Virus record (IMG/VR): IMGVR_UViG_3300016472_000107
Location: 1-32,988 of that record
Origin: a virus
Taxonomy: Duplodnaviria > Caudoviricetes
Direction: 5' to 3' (one strand)
DNA: 32,988 bases
Shown piece by piece: positions 1 through 8,678 of the stretch. A program made the position numbers and the translations under genes. Below the pieces are notes generated by a model. The model saw nothing but the letters and a program-made list of their open reading frames with translations, did no database searches and was not told where the DNA came from. Position 1 is the first letter of the stretch. Each line of letters opens with the position of its first letter.

Positions 1-21
1 CCCTGCGTGTCTACGCGGGGG
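1..21. repeat. Terminal direct repeat (identical to 32968-32988); likely circular-assembly overlap
   Basis: ccctgcgtgtctacgcggggg at 1-21 and 32968-32988; the same 21-mer also occurs at 69-89. Confidence 0.9.
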
Positions 22-65
22 CTACTTTACAACAGTCAAATCGTTCATAGGCAAGCAGTCGTTTT

Positions 66-97
66 CCCCCCTGCGTGTCTACGCGGGGGGTTTCTTT
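66..97 (+). terminator. Repeated GC hairpin with U-rich tail (intrinsic terminator-like)
   Basis: CCCCCCTGCGT-GTCT-ACGCGGGGGG (one G-U pair) followed by TTTCTTT. Confidence 0.65.
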
Positions 98-118
98 CGT
101 CACAAATTCACACTACAT

Positions 119-409
119 ATGTTACGAAGACTCAAGCAAGCAGCGAGTTTCATGCAGACTAAATTGGAGAAAGTGGTCTACGTCGACCCGTGGAAACAAC
201 AAGAGGGTGGGCAGCATTACAAACAATTCAAGATACAACCGGCCGAGTTCATCCATGCCAATGGCATCGGCTACCTTGAAGGCTGCGCCATAAAATACCT
301 ATGCCGACACCGGGATAAAGGTGGCCTTGAAGACCTGCGTAAAGCCCAACACTACATTGACCTTTTGATTGACCTGGAGTACCGAAACCAACTTAGCACG
401 GAGGCGTAA
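119..409 (+). CDS. DUF3310 (SaV-like / T7 gp1.7-like) protein
   Basis: GGQHY...IQPAEFI...EGCAIKYLCRHRDKGGLEDLRKAQHYI pattern; alternative start ATG 152. Confidence 0.8.
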   Translation: MLRRLKQAASFMQTKLEKVVYVDPWKQQEGGQHYKQFKIQPAEFIHANGIGYLEGCAIKYLCRHRDKGGLEDLRKAQHYIDLLIDLEYRNQLSTEA

Positions 410-732
410 TGGCTAACACACGAACCAAAGAACACACGCAGCTGCTCAACAACGTCGGATGGCTGATCCGGCAGTACAGAAAGGAGCGGGGCTACACACT
501 GGAGCAGATGGCCGGGATGCTAGGCATCCGCAAACAAAGTCTTGGACACATGGAACTAGGCGATAGGTCCATCAGCCTTTACCGGGCCGTTAAGATATGC
601 GAGGTCTTAAACATCGACATAAACAAATTAGTCTATGCGCGACCAAATCCAAGCATTCATCGACACTCTTCCGCCCGAATTCGCCGGAACAAGGCGAAGG
701 GCGATGCATCTGCTGCAGGTCCACAGGGATGA
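409..732 (+). CDS. XRE-family helix-turn-helix regulator
   Basis: IRQYRKERGYTLEQMAGMLGIRKQSLGHMELGDRSISL...ICEVL; TAATG coupling to upstream gene. Confidence 0.85.
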   Translation: MANTRTKEHTQLLNNVGWLIRQYRKERGYTLEQMAGMLGIRKQSLGHMELGDRSISLYRAVKICEVLNIDINKLVYARPNPSIHRHSSARIRRNKAKGDASAAGPQG

Positions 733-865
733 CGTAATGGCGGCGTATCTTGCAGGCCGAAAGATGTGGAGCAACGACACACCCTATGCCAATGCCGAGC
801 AGTACTATGAAGCCACCCACGGAGGCGCAAATACAAGCCAAAATCATCAAGATCATGGAGAATGA
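635..865 (+). CDS. Hypothetical small phage protein
   Basis: 76-aa ORF; 'VMAAYLAG...AEQYYEAT' resembles small proteins I recall from Bacteroidota phages; fills the gap between HTH domain and VRR-NUC. Confidence 0.55.
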   Translation: MRDQIQAFIDTLPPEFAGTRRRAMHLLQVHRDDVMAAYLAGRKMWSNDTPYANAEQYYEATHGGANTSQNHQDHGE

Positions 866-1106
866 CGGGTGGTTCGTGGTGAAGCTAATCCAGACGAACA
901 GGAACGGCATTCCTGACCTTGTTGCGCACAAAGAAGGGAAAACCCTGTACGTCGAAGTGAAGGCCATAAATGGCCGAATATCGCCCCTGCAGGCCCATCG
1001 CATCACGGAACTGACAAAGGCGGGCATACCTTCGTTCATCGTACGCACTGAAACCGAAATAAATGACATCATCGCGAATTGTCGAAGTAGCAAAAAGCTA
1101 CCTTAA
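807..1106 (+). CDS. VRR-NUC domain nuclease (Holliday-junction resolvase-like)
   Basis: TEAQIQAKI...NGIPDL...YVEVKA...SPLQ PD-(D/E)XK signature; ATG 807 preferred over 750. Confidence 0.85.
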   Translation: MKPPTEAQIQAKIIKIMENDGWFVVKLIQTNRNGIPDLVAHKEGKTLYVEVKAINGRISPLQAHRITELTKAGIPSFIVRTETEINDIIANCRSSKKLP

Positions 1107-1575
1107 CCAACAGGAAAAGCCGGGGAACAAGGGGTGGATGGACCCGTCCTTTGAGGCCAAGATGAAGGCTGTGGGGTGGAAGCCCACCGACGCGTGGTGC
1201 TGCTATTTTGCGGAGTTGGTGGCAAAGGAAGCCTTCGGGCCGGGCGAGGTTTGGAACGCACTGGACAAGCTGTTCAGCCCGAATTGTCAGGCCACATACG
1301 CGAATTTCTCGCAGTCCAAGATGTTCAAGGTCGGAAAGGTCGCGCGGCCCGGTTCCCTTGCAGTGTGGCGCATGGGGACCACTTGGAAAGGTCACATTGG
1401 CATCGTGGAGACGATTACGACAACTGCAGGCGTGGTGACTAGCTTCACCTGCATCGAAGGCAACACCAACGCGGCCGGGAGCCGGGAAGGCACGCACGTG
1501 CTGCGCAAAAACCGGCGTGCACTGTTCGGACGCGGGGCAAGTCTTAACCTGATAGGTTTCATCTACCTTGTATGA
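1063..1575 (+). CDS. CHAP-domain peptidoglycan hydrolase (probable endolysin)
   Basis: AWCCYF catalytic Cys, GHIGIV His, IEGNTN motif. Confidence 0.85.
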   Translation: MTSSRIVEVAKSYLNQQEKPGNKGWMDPSFEAKMKAVGWKPTDAWCCYFAELVAKEAFGPGEVWNALDKLFSPNCQATYANFSQSKMFKVGKVARPGSLAVWRMGTTWKGHIGIVETITTTAGVVTSFTCIEGNTNAAGSREGTHVLRKNRRALFGRGASLNLIGFIYLV

Positions 1576-2552
1576 TACGACAGCAGGTGTGCCGGGAGGC
1601 GCGCGAAAAATACGGGTGGGAGATGCCTACCATGAAGCTAGCCCGTATTTTACACCGAGACAATCCAATCATCTTTCATTCTGTTGAGGACGCGCGGGAT
1701 GTGCTGCGTGCAATAGAGGGCAAGCATTTAGGCGGCAATCAAAAGCGTGAAAAGAATCCGAAGGTGGTGCCGGATCGACCATTCAACCCGTACAAGCTGC
1801 CGGAAAGTGATGAGATTAGATGGGAACCATACGTCATTGATGCGAAGCGAGTACTAATCCTATCGGACATCCACATACCATTCCACTCAGTACAGGCCAT
1901 CACGGCCTGTTTTGATTTTGCGAAGCGCGAACAGCCGAACTCGATAATCTTAAACGGCGACACGATTGACTTTTACCAGCTCAGCCGGTTCATGAAGGAC
2001 CCACGGGCCAGGTCCTTCGCCGGTGAACTTGCAGCGTTCAAGGAGTTTTTCTCGTCTTTGATTGACGCGTTCCCCAATGCCAAAGTGTACTACAAACTAG
2101 GCAACCATTGCGAACGATACCAACACTTTTTACTGCAGAAAGCCCATGAGTTATTGGATGTCGATGAATTTGACTTCACCAACATCATCCGGGCAAGGGC
2201 GCAAGGCATCGAGGTCATCGGTGACAAAAGGATAATGAAGTTAGGTGCGCTCAATGTCATCCACGGTCATGAGTTCGGCGGGTCCATCTTTTCGCCTGTC
2301 AACATCGCACGCGGCCTGTTCCTGCGGGGCAAGGTGTCAGCAATGCAGGGCCACCACCATCAAACATCCGAGCACACGGAGACCAACATGAACGGCGAGA
2401 TCACCACCACCTATTCGGTCGGTTGCCTATGCGAACTGCATCCGGCGTATCTGCCCATCAATAAGTGGAACCACGGGTTCGCCTTGGTCGATGTAGATGG
2501 GATGAACGCACACGTGCGTAATTTCCGCATCCATAAAGGTGAGGTCCTATAA
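1572..2552 (+). CDS. Calcineurin-like metallophosphoesterase
   Basis: SDIH, NGDTID, GNH, HGHE, GHHH metal-binding motifs in canonical order. Confidence 0.9.
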   Translation: MIRQQVCREAREKYGWEMPTMKLARILHRDNPIIFHSVEDARDVLRAIEGKHLGGNQKREKNPKVVPDRPFNPYKLPESDEIRWEPYVIDAKRVLILSDIHIPFHSVQAITACFDFAKREQPNSIILNGDTIDFYQLSRFMKDPRARSFAGELAAFKEFFSSLIDAFPNAKVYYKLGNHCERYQHFLLQKAHELLDVDEFDFTNIIRARAQGIEVIGDKRIMKLGALNVIHGHEFGGSIFSPVNIARGLFLRGKVSAMQGHHHQTSEHTETNMNGEITTTYSVGCLCELHPAYLPINKWNHGFALVDVDGMNAHVRNFRIHKGEVL

Positions 2553-2798
2553 ATGCAAAGCATGTCCGAGACAACTGAGCAGACATACAGCGCGCATGCG
2601 GAAGCGATGAACGTCATCGACAGCCAGTTGAACGTCATCACGAACGCTATCGATTGGCCGGATGACATCTACGATAACATGCAGACAGACAAGATAAAAG
2701 TCATATCCGCTGCGCTCAACATCATACACAAAGCGCAATGGGTGATAATCAAAGAAATGTCCGTCAACTACCGACCCGGAACGGCAAGGGAACCTTAA
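2553..2798 (+). CDS. Hypothetical protein
   Basis: 81-aa ORF abutting upstream stop; no recognised motif. Confidence 0.6.
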   Translation: MQSMSETTEQTYSAHAEAMNVIDSQLNVITNAIDWPDDIYDNMQTDKIKVISAALNIIHKAQWVIIKEMSVNYRPGTAREP

Positions 2799-2829
2799 CA
2801 ATTAACAGGGATTGGCGAGGACGTCGGCC

Positions 2830-2861
2830 CTTGCCGGTTCGGGTCTTGTTTTGTAGATTTG
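2830..2861 (+). promoter_or_regulatory. Bacteroidota primary-sigma-type promoter
   Basis: cTTG (2830-2833), 20 nt, TAGATTTG (2854-2861), matching the -33 TTTG / -7 TAnnTTTG consensus; intergenic. Confidence 0.6.
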
Positions 2862-2906
2862 TGGTGAAAGCGGTGTAGGCCACACATCGCGAACATTTTT
2901 TAAGAC

Positions 2907-2971
2907 GCCACATATTGGCAGGGCGAGGTTCTTTGGACCTCGGTGGCCCCCTGCCGATATGTGGTTTTTTT
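2907..2971 (+). promoter_or_regulatory. Long leader hairpin with U tract (attenuator/terminator-like) directly before the methyltransferase start
   Basis: GCCACATATTGGCAGGG pairs with CCCTGCCGATATGTGGT; inner stem CGAGGTT/GACCTCG; T-run then ATG. Confidence 0.65.
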
Positions 2972-3805
2972 ATGATTATGATAATACGCGATCATTTCCA
3001 GAATTACAAACCATACGCCATACCGAAGGCGCAGCTCATCATTGCCGACATACCCTACAACCTTGGGAATAATGCCTACGCATCCAATCCCGCATGGTAC
3101 AAGGATGGGGACAATACGAACGGGGAGAGCGAGCTCGCAGGAAAGTCTTTCTTCGATACGGATGAGGACTTTCGCCCGGCCGAGTTCATGCACTTCTGCT
3201 CAACGATGTTGCGCGCGGAAAAAAAACCCGCAAAAGATGAGGGGTCAGACAGGACAAAGGCATCCGCACCGTGCATGATTGTTTTCTGCGCATTCGACCA
3301 ACAGATGTATCTCATCGAACTTGCTAAGCGGTACGGACTCAATAGATATATTAACCTCGTTTTCCGAAAGAACTTCTCCGCGCAGGTCCTCAAGGCCAAC
3401 ATGAAAGTTGTCGGGAATTGCGAATACGCCCTCATCCTATATCGCGACCGCCTTCCGAAGTTCAACAACGACGGGAAGATGGTATTCAACTGTATGGACT
3501 GGCCGCGAGATACCGAGGGCGTAAAATTGCATCCGACGCAAAAGCCAGTCACGCTGCTCATGCGCCTTATCGAATTATTTACCGACCCGGGAGACGTTGT
3601 TATCGACCCGGTGGCGGGAAGTGGCTCGACAATTATAGCGGCGGAACGGCTCGACCGGAAAGCCTACGGCTTTGAGATTAAGAAGGAGTTTTGGCAGAAA
3701 GCTAATCATTGGCTTGAAGAAGAAAGAAAAATAAGAACTGATATACGTAAATATGGATTTGCAAAGAGTAAATTAGAAAAAATACAGCCTACATTATGGC
3801 AATGA
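2972..3805 (+). CDS. Orphan DNA N6-adenine/N4-cytosine methyltransferase (beta class)
   Basis: DIPY catalytic motif precedes HPTQKP and DPVAGSGST SAM-binding motif; ATG 2972 or 2978. Confidence 0.9.
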   Translation: MIMIIRDHFQNYKPYAIPKAQLIIADIPYNLGNNAYASNPAWYKDGDNTNGESELAGKSFFDTDEDFRPAEFMHFCSTMLRAEKKPAKDEGSDRTKASAPCMIVFCAFDQQMYLIELAKRYGLNRYINLVFRKNFSAQVLKANMKVVGNCEYALILYRDRLPKFNNDGKMVFNCMDWPRDTEGVKLHPTQKPVTLLMRLIELFTDPGDVVIDPVAGSGSTIIAAERLDRKAYGFEIKKEFWQKANHWLEEERKIRTDIRKYGFAKSKLEKIQPTLWQ

Positions 3806-6312
3806 CAATCTACGACTACCTCGAAGAAGGCGAAGTAATTGACAAGGCTTGCCACATTGCTGCGCAGGAGTTGATAAATGCAGGTATTCAGGTCATATCG
3901 GTTGACACTGGCAAGAACCCGGTACATGTCAAGTCTCTCTCAATGCTACGGGAAAAGCCGATCAACCTGCACAATATTGGGTATTATTTTGACCGCGATG
4001 ACGTTGGATTGGGTATTATGTTACGCGGCAAAATGGAGGTTGTTGATATTGACGAGAAGGTACAGAAAGGCATCACCGAAAGGGTATTGCAGACCTTGGA
4101 GATGGCATGGCCTGAACTTTACGAGCGTCTGCCAATCTCCATTACGCCGAGCGGTGGGGCGCACATCTACTACTACAGCGACACCATAGGCGGTGATGGT
4201 GTGCTAGCGCAGTGCTTCGATGCCAACGGTAAGACGGTGGCTAAAATTGAGCGCATTGACGAGATAAACAAACATTACATCGTCACGGCACCAACCCCCG
4301 GGTACCATTTCAAGCAAAAGTCACCCCTTGAAATGCCGCACCTGACCACCGAGGAAAGGGGCTTCATCATATCCATTTGCAGGTCGTTCAATGAGGTCCA
4401 CATATCTGAAGCACCGAAGTACGACCAAAAGCGCGATGACGCACCTTACAAGGTGTTCAACGAACAGCATGACTGGCGTTACATTGTTGAACAAATCACG
4501 GAGCGCGGATGGAAAGTGGTCAAGGATTTGCCGGACAGGGTGGTCATCAAGTCACCATCCACCAAGCAAGCGCAAAGCGGGAGCATCTGGAAGGACACGG
4601 CAGATAGGTACAATCTAAAAAACTGCCTGTACCTGTTCACACACAATTCAGAGTTTGACCAAGCCAAGCCATACGGGCCGTTTGACATTTACAAGACCTA
4701 CTACCATGACGGCAATTTCATGCAGGCGCAGGCCGCACTAGCAGAAAAGGGCTACGGCAAAAATATCGTCAATGAGGGGCAGTTTTGGATGCGGACCGGG
4801 AACCGCGTGAATGTCAAATATCATGAACTGAACCACTATTTCAAAGAGCTTGGCTACAGGGTCCATATGGGCCAACTTGTCCAAGTTATCAACAATGTTG
4901 TAACAATACGCGAGCCAAAAGATTTGATAAGGCAGTTCCTGTCAAACGTCGAACCGATAGTCCGCGATCAGTTCCATGAGCGAGTCGGAACCATCTTCAA
5001 TGAAAAGGGCGGGTTCATGGCCATGCTCGATGAACTTGATGACAATTTCATCCGTGATGACAGCAACTGCACTTGGCTTTTCTTTCGGAACCGGGCAGTG
5101 TGCATTCATGCTGATCGGACGGACGAGTATTTGTATAAAGAGCTGAATGGCTACATCTGGGCTGACAACGTCTTAAACCGCGATTACACATACACCGATT
5201 TCAGTGGATGCGATGCCCACCGATTTGTCGGCATCCTCGGCGGGGAAAATGTCGGCAAACTTGAAGCCATCATTGGGTATGTGATGAACCGGCACAAAGA
5301 CGAGCTAATCACAAAGGCCGTCATATTGATGGAGGACATCGACCCGGAGGACGAAGGCGAAAGCATGGGCCGCAGCGGCAAGGGATTGGTATTTAAGATG
5401 ATTGAGAAGTTCCGCAAACCCTGCCGCATGAATGGAAAGTCCTTTTCATTCACGGACAATTTCTTGTGGCAAAATGTCGAATTGGACACCGACATCATTT
5501 TCATTGATGACGTCGAAAAGCAATTTCCTTTCAACAAATTATACAGCGTCATCACTGAATCCATACAGGTAAACAAAAAGAATCAAAAGCAAATTATCAT
5601 ATCATACGAGCAAAGTCCAAAGATTTTCATCACTTCCAATTACGCGGTGGGCAATAGTGATGAATCCACGACGGACCGAAAGTTTGAATTTCCAGTGGTC
5701 AAGTATTTCAACGCACGGCACAAACCCATTGATGAATTTGGGCGTGCATTTTTCAGCGGTTGGGACGCCTTGGAATGGTCACGGTTTGACAATTTCATGA
5801 TTCATTGCGCCAAATCTTGGCTTTCCTCAGACCGCCGAAGCCTCAGCCTGCTGACCGGTAACAGCGCCATCCGGGTGCTGATTAATCAGACGCATCCTGA
5901 ATTTGTGGCATACATGGACGATCAATTAGCCATGAATTTCTTTGATTTTGCACCGGCGAGTCTAAAAAATTCAAGAATTACCACAGCGGAAGGTAAGTTA
6001 ATCACCAATGCTGTAAACATGTCGCAATGGGAAATAAATAGAAATTCACCTGATTATTATTTTGTTTTACGTAAAGAAGAACTTTTAGAAAAGTTTAAGA
6101 ATATACAGAAATTAACTACAACGAAATTGACGCAGTGGATGAAAATGTGGTGTCAAGTCAATCAGGTTGAGGCCAATTTAAGCTACAAAAAGAGTTACGA
6201 GATTGGCCGGTTTTATCGCATCGTGGACTGGAAAAAACAGGCACAGGCGAAAAGCCAAAGTTGGAAAGATGGGAATGGTGAGGCAGATATGCTTGAAGAT
6301 GCCCCATTTTAG
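3796..6312 (+). CDS. Primase-polymerase (Prim-Pol) domain fused to C-terminal P-loop helicase/ATPase
   Basis: VVDID and TPSGGAHIYY AEP motifs; YIVTAPTPGY; GRSGKG Walker A, IIFIDD Walker B, ITSN sensor; acidic DAPF tail. Confidence 0.85.
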   Translation: MAMTIYDYLEEGEVIDKACHIAAQELINAGIQVISVDTGKNPVHVKSLSMLREKPINLHNIGYYFDRDDVGLGIMLRGKMEVVDIDEKVQKGITERVLQTLEMAWPELYERLPISITPSGGAHIYYYSDTIGGDGVLAQCFDANGKTVAKIERIDEINKHYIVTAPTPGYHFKQKSPLEMPHLTTEERGFIISICRSFNEVHISEAPKYDQKRDDAPYKVFNEQHDWRYIVEQITERGWKVVKDLPDRVVIKSPSTKQAQSGSIWKDTADRYNLKNCLYLFTHNSEFDQAKPYGPFDIYKTYYHDGNFMQAQAALAEKGYGKNIVNEGQFWMRTGNRVNVKYHELNHYFKELGYRVHMGQLVQVINNVVTIREPKDLIRQFLSNVEPIVRDQFHERVGTIFNEKGGFMAMLDELDDNFIRDDSNCTWLFFRNRAVCIHADRTDEYLYKELNGYIWADNVLNRDYTYTDFSGCDAHRFVGILGGENVGKLEAIIGYVMNRHKDELITKAVILMEDIDPEDEGESMGRSGKGLVFKMIEKFRKPCRMNGKSFSFTDNFLWQNVELDTDIIFIDDVEKQFPFNKLYSVITESIQVNKKNQKQIIISYEQSPKIFITSNYAVGNSDESTTDRKFEFPVVKYFNARHKPIDEFGRAFFSGWDALEWSRFDNFMIHCAKSWLSSDRRSLSLLTGNSAIRVLINQTHPEFVAYMDDQLAMNFFDFAPASLKNSRITTAEGKLITNAVNMSQWEINRNSPDYYFVLRKEELLEKFKNIQKLTTTKLTQWMKMWCQVNQVEANLSYKKSYEIGRFYRIVDWKKQAQAKSQSWKDGNGEADMLEDAPF

Positions 6313-6504
6313 TTCCCACTTATTCATGCATTCCATGTTTCTAAACCCCGTTTCCGGTTCCGTTTCCGATACTCAGCATGCTGAGCGTCAATACCTTATC
6401 CACTTTCCCACTTTATTCTAATTAGTAATATAAAAAAAGATATATATAATATATACACACACATATATATAGAGTATAGGAGACGGAATCGGGAAAGTGG
6501 GAAA
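6313..6504. other. Putative replication origin
   Basis: AT/TA-rich core (6415-6480) flanked by perfect inverted 11-mers TTTCCCACTTT (6404-6414) / AAAGTGGGAAA (6494-6504); TTCCCACT also at 6313; palindrome CTCAGCATGCTGAG 6372-6385; directly after primase-helicase. Confidence 0.6.
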
Positions 6505-6740
6505 TGAAGCAAAACCAAAAGAAAAACGCAATGAATGAACGCTATCACTTGCAGGTCTTGGACGTCCAACCGAAGGGGGTAAAAGTCCACGGACCGCTGA
6601 CGCCAACCCTAGCGGTCGAATGCCTGCAAAGGCTGCTGAGCGAACAGCCGCTTAGCCGGGTGGGCGAAACGGGGCGGGTCTATGTTGTCGACCTCGACAC
6701 CGGTGAAATCAAAAAACCAACCCTAAAACTTCAGCTATGA
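6504..6740 (+). CDS. Hypothetical protein
   Basis: ORF coupled (ATGA) to next gene; alternative start ATG 6531. Confidence 0.6.
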   Translation: MKQNQKKNAMNERYHLQVLDVQPKGVKVHGPLTPTLAVECLQRLLSEQPLSRVGETGRVYVVDLDTGEIKKPTLKLQL

Positions 6741-7156
6741 TCTTCAACACGGATTACAACCAACAGGCAGCCCTAGAATTGGTGGCCCAATGCACAAACC
6801 TGAAACCCGCTGACATCATCGGTAAAGGCAGGTACCATGACCACGTTTTGGCCCGCCAGTGCCTTGCCACAGTGTACCGCAACCACATGCATATCCCTCT
6901 GACGCGAATAGGGGCGATTCTAGGGCCTAAAGGATGCCCACGTAGCCACACTACCGTCATACACTCGATTAGGCGATTCTCGGAACTCCTAGACGTCAGA
7001 GATGAGAAAGCGACAGAACTGTGGGACATGGTCATCAGTCGGCTCGACAGCGTGGTCGATTCCGGGTGCCGGGTGATGGTCCGGGCGCAAAACAAAGATT
7101 TGCAGAAACTTTTGACTATGCTTGAAAAAGCGGGGTTCTATTACGAGACGGTTTAA
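6737..7156 (+). CDS. DnaA C-terminal (domain IV)-like HTH DNA-binding protein
   Basis: DIIGKGR...ARQ...IPLTRIGAILG...RSHTTVIHSIR matches DnaA 'SL..IG..FG.RDHTTV.H'. Confidence 0.8.
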   Translation: MIFNTDYNQQAALELVAQCTNLKPADIIGKGRYHDHVLARQCLATVYRNHMHIPLTRIGAILGPKGCPRSHTTVIHSIRRFSELLDVRDEKATELWDMVISRLDSVVDSGCRVMVRAQNKDLQKLLTMLEKAGFYYETV

Positions 7157-7158
7157 GT

Positions 7159-7167
7159 GTAACTTTG
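7159..7167 (+). promoter_or_regulatory. Putative late promoter -7 element
   Basis: GTAACTTTG (TAnnTTTG) ends 4 nt before the terminase small subunit ATG; no clear -33 TTTG. Confidence 0.5.
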
Positions 7168-7171
7168 GGGT

Positions 7172-7585
7172 ATGCCAGGAGGAAGACCAAGACTTTACAG
7201 CACACCGGAGGAAATGCAGGCTAAAGTGGACGAGTACTTTGCCACTGAGTCGCAGCCGACCATGACCGGGATGATTCTTTTTTTAGGTTTTGTAGATAGA
7301 CGAAGTGCCTGCGATTACGAGCAAAGAAACGACGAGTTTTCTCCCATAATAAAAAACGCTAGGGCGAGAATTGAACGTCTCTACGAATCGATCATCCTGT
7401 ATCGCAAGGAAGGCCAAGTCACCGGCCCCATCTTCGCCCTGAAACAGTTCGGATGGACGGACAAGACCGAACAGGTGATGACTTTTACCAACAAACCCAC
7501 GGTAAAATTTGAGTTCACAGACGGAGATAGCGGTGAGGATAGGCCGGCCGGCACGGGAAACGCTGAAGGCACTGAGAGGCCATAA
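7172..7585 (+). CDS. Terminase small subunit
   Basis: GRPRLYSTPEEMQAKVDEYF...PTMTG...IFALK..GW.D pattern; upstream of large subunit. Confidence 0.85.
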   Translation: MPGGRPRLYSTPEEMQAKVDEYFATESQPTMTGMILFLGFVDRRSACDYEQRNDEFSPIIKNARARIERLYESIILYRKEGQVTGPIFALKQFGWTDKTEQVMTFTNKPTVKFEFTDGDSGEDRPAGTGNAEGTERP

Positions 7586-8678
7586 ACGATACATCTGCCA
7601 TGAGGGTGGAGCAAGGAGCGGCAAGACCTACGGCATCATGCAGTCGCTGCTGTGGTATGCGTCGAACCATGAGCGGCAGAAAATATCGATAGTCAGTCAC
7701 AGCCTTCCGCATTTGAAGCGGGGGGCCATGCGCGACTTCTTTGACATCTTGGAGACTTGGGGTTGGTACGATGAAGCTGAACACAACAAGACCGACAACA
7801 TCTACACACTGAAGTTGACCGGGACTTACGTGGAGTTCTTTGGACTGGAAGACCACGACAGGGCAAAGGGACCCGGCCGGGACATCTTGTTTTGCAACGA
7901 GGCTAACCTACTGTCAAAGGCCCTGTTCGATCAACTTGACATGCGGACGCGACGGAAGGTTATTACGGATTTGAACCCGTCCGACTTCGACATTTGGTGT
8001 TATCATCTAGCTGACAGCGACGATGCCGCAAAGATTCACAGCACCTACAAAGACAACCCGTTCCTGCCTGAGCCACAACGCCGAGTGATTGAAGGCTATC
8101 AGCAGGCAGACGAGATGATGTGGAAGGTGTACGGCCTTGGCGAGCGTGGGGCATCGCAGGAGCAGATATATACCCACTGGCGTATCGTGTCGGACGTTCC
8201 TCAAGGGGAAGTCTGTTATGGCCTTGACTTCGGATTCCGCAACCCGACCGCATTGGTTAGGGTGACCATCGCGGATGGCTGTATCTTCGTACATGAACTC
8301 ATGTATCAATCGGGTGTGAATACCGGGCAACTGCTTGACATCATTCCCGATCTGATACCTGACCGCTACGCTGACATTTACTGCGACGCCGCCGAACCGA
8401 AAACCATTGATGAGCTCTTTCGCGCCGGGTTTAACGTCAAGCCCGCTGACAAGGATGTGTATGCAGGCATAATGAAAGTCAAGTCCATGCCGATGCACGT
8501 TACAGCGAGCAGCACCAACTTGATACAGGAACTTAGAAAATACAAGTGGAAGACAGACATGAACGGAAAGGTGATTGACAAGGAACCCGTAAAGATGGAT
8601 GACCACCTTGTCGATGCCATGCGTTACGCCGTCTTTTCAAAACTGAAACAACCACGACTAACCTGGGGGGTTTTATGA
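7509..8678 (+). CDS. Terminase large subunit (PBSX/SPP1-like)
   Basis: GGARSGKT Walker A, NEA Walker B, GLDFG and DDHLVDAMRY nuclease motifs; start uncertain (TTG 7509 or GTG 7533). Confidence 0.93.
   Translation: MSSQTEIAVRIGRPARETLKALRGHKRYICHEGGARSGKTYGIMQSLLWYASNHERQKISIVSHSLPHLKRGAMRDFFDILETWGWYDEAEHNKTDNIYTLKLTGTYVEFFGLEDHDRAKGPGRDILFCNEANLLSKALFDQLDMRTRRKVITDLNPSDFDIWCYHLADSDDAAKIHSTYKDNPFLPEPQRRVIEGYQQADEMMWKVYGLGERGASQEQIYTHWRIVSDVPQGEVCYGLDFGFRNPTALVRVTIADGCIFVHELMYQSGVNTGQLLDIIPDLIPDRYADIYCDAAEPKTIDELFRAGFNVKPADKDVYAGIMKVKSMPMHVTASSTNLIQELRKYKWKTDMNGKVIDKEPVKMDDHLVDAMRYAVFSKLKQPRLTWGVL

Noticed and set aside
1-97. Canonical CRISPR array
   Set aside because: Only two distinct repeat copies on the circle, terminator-like GC stems and no cas operon; kept as an sRNA-array hypothesis
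2972-3805. Restriction-modification system
   Set aside because: No adjacent restriction endonuclease; orphan methyltransferases are common anti-restriction genes
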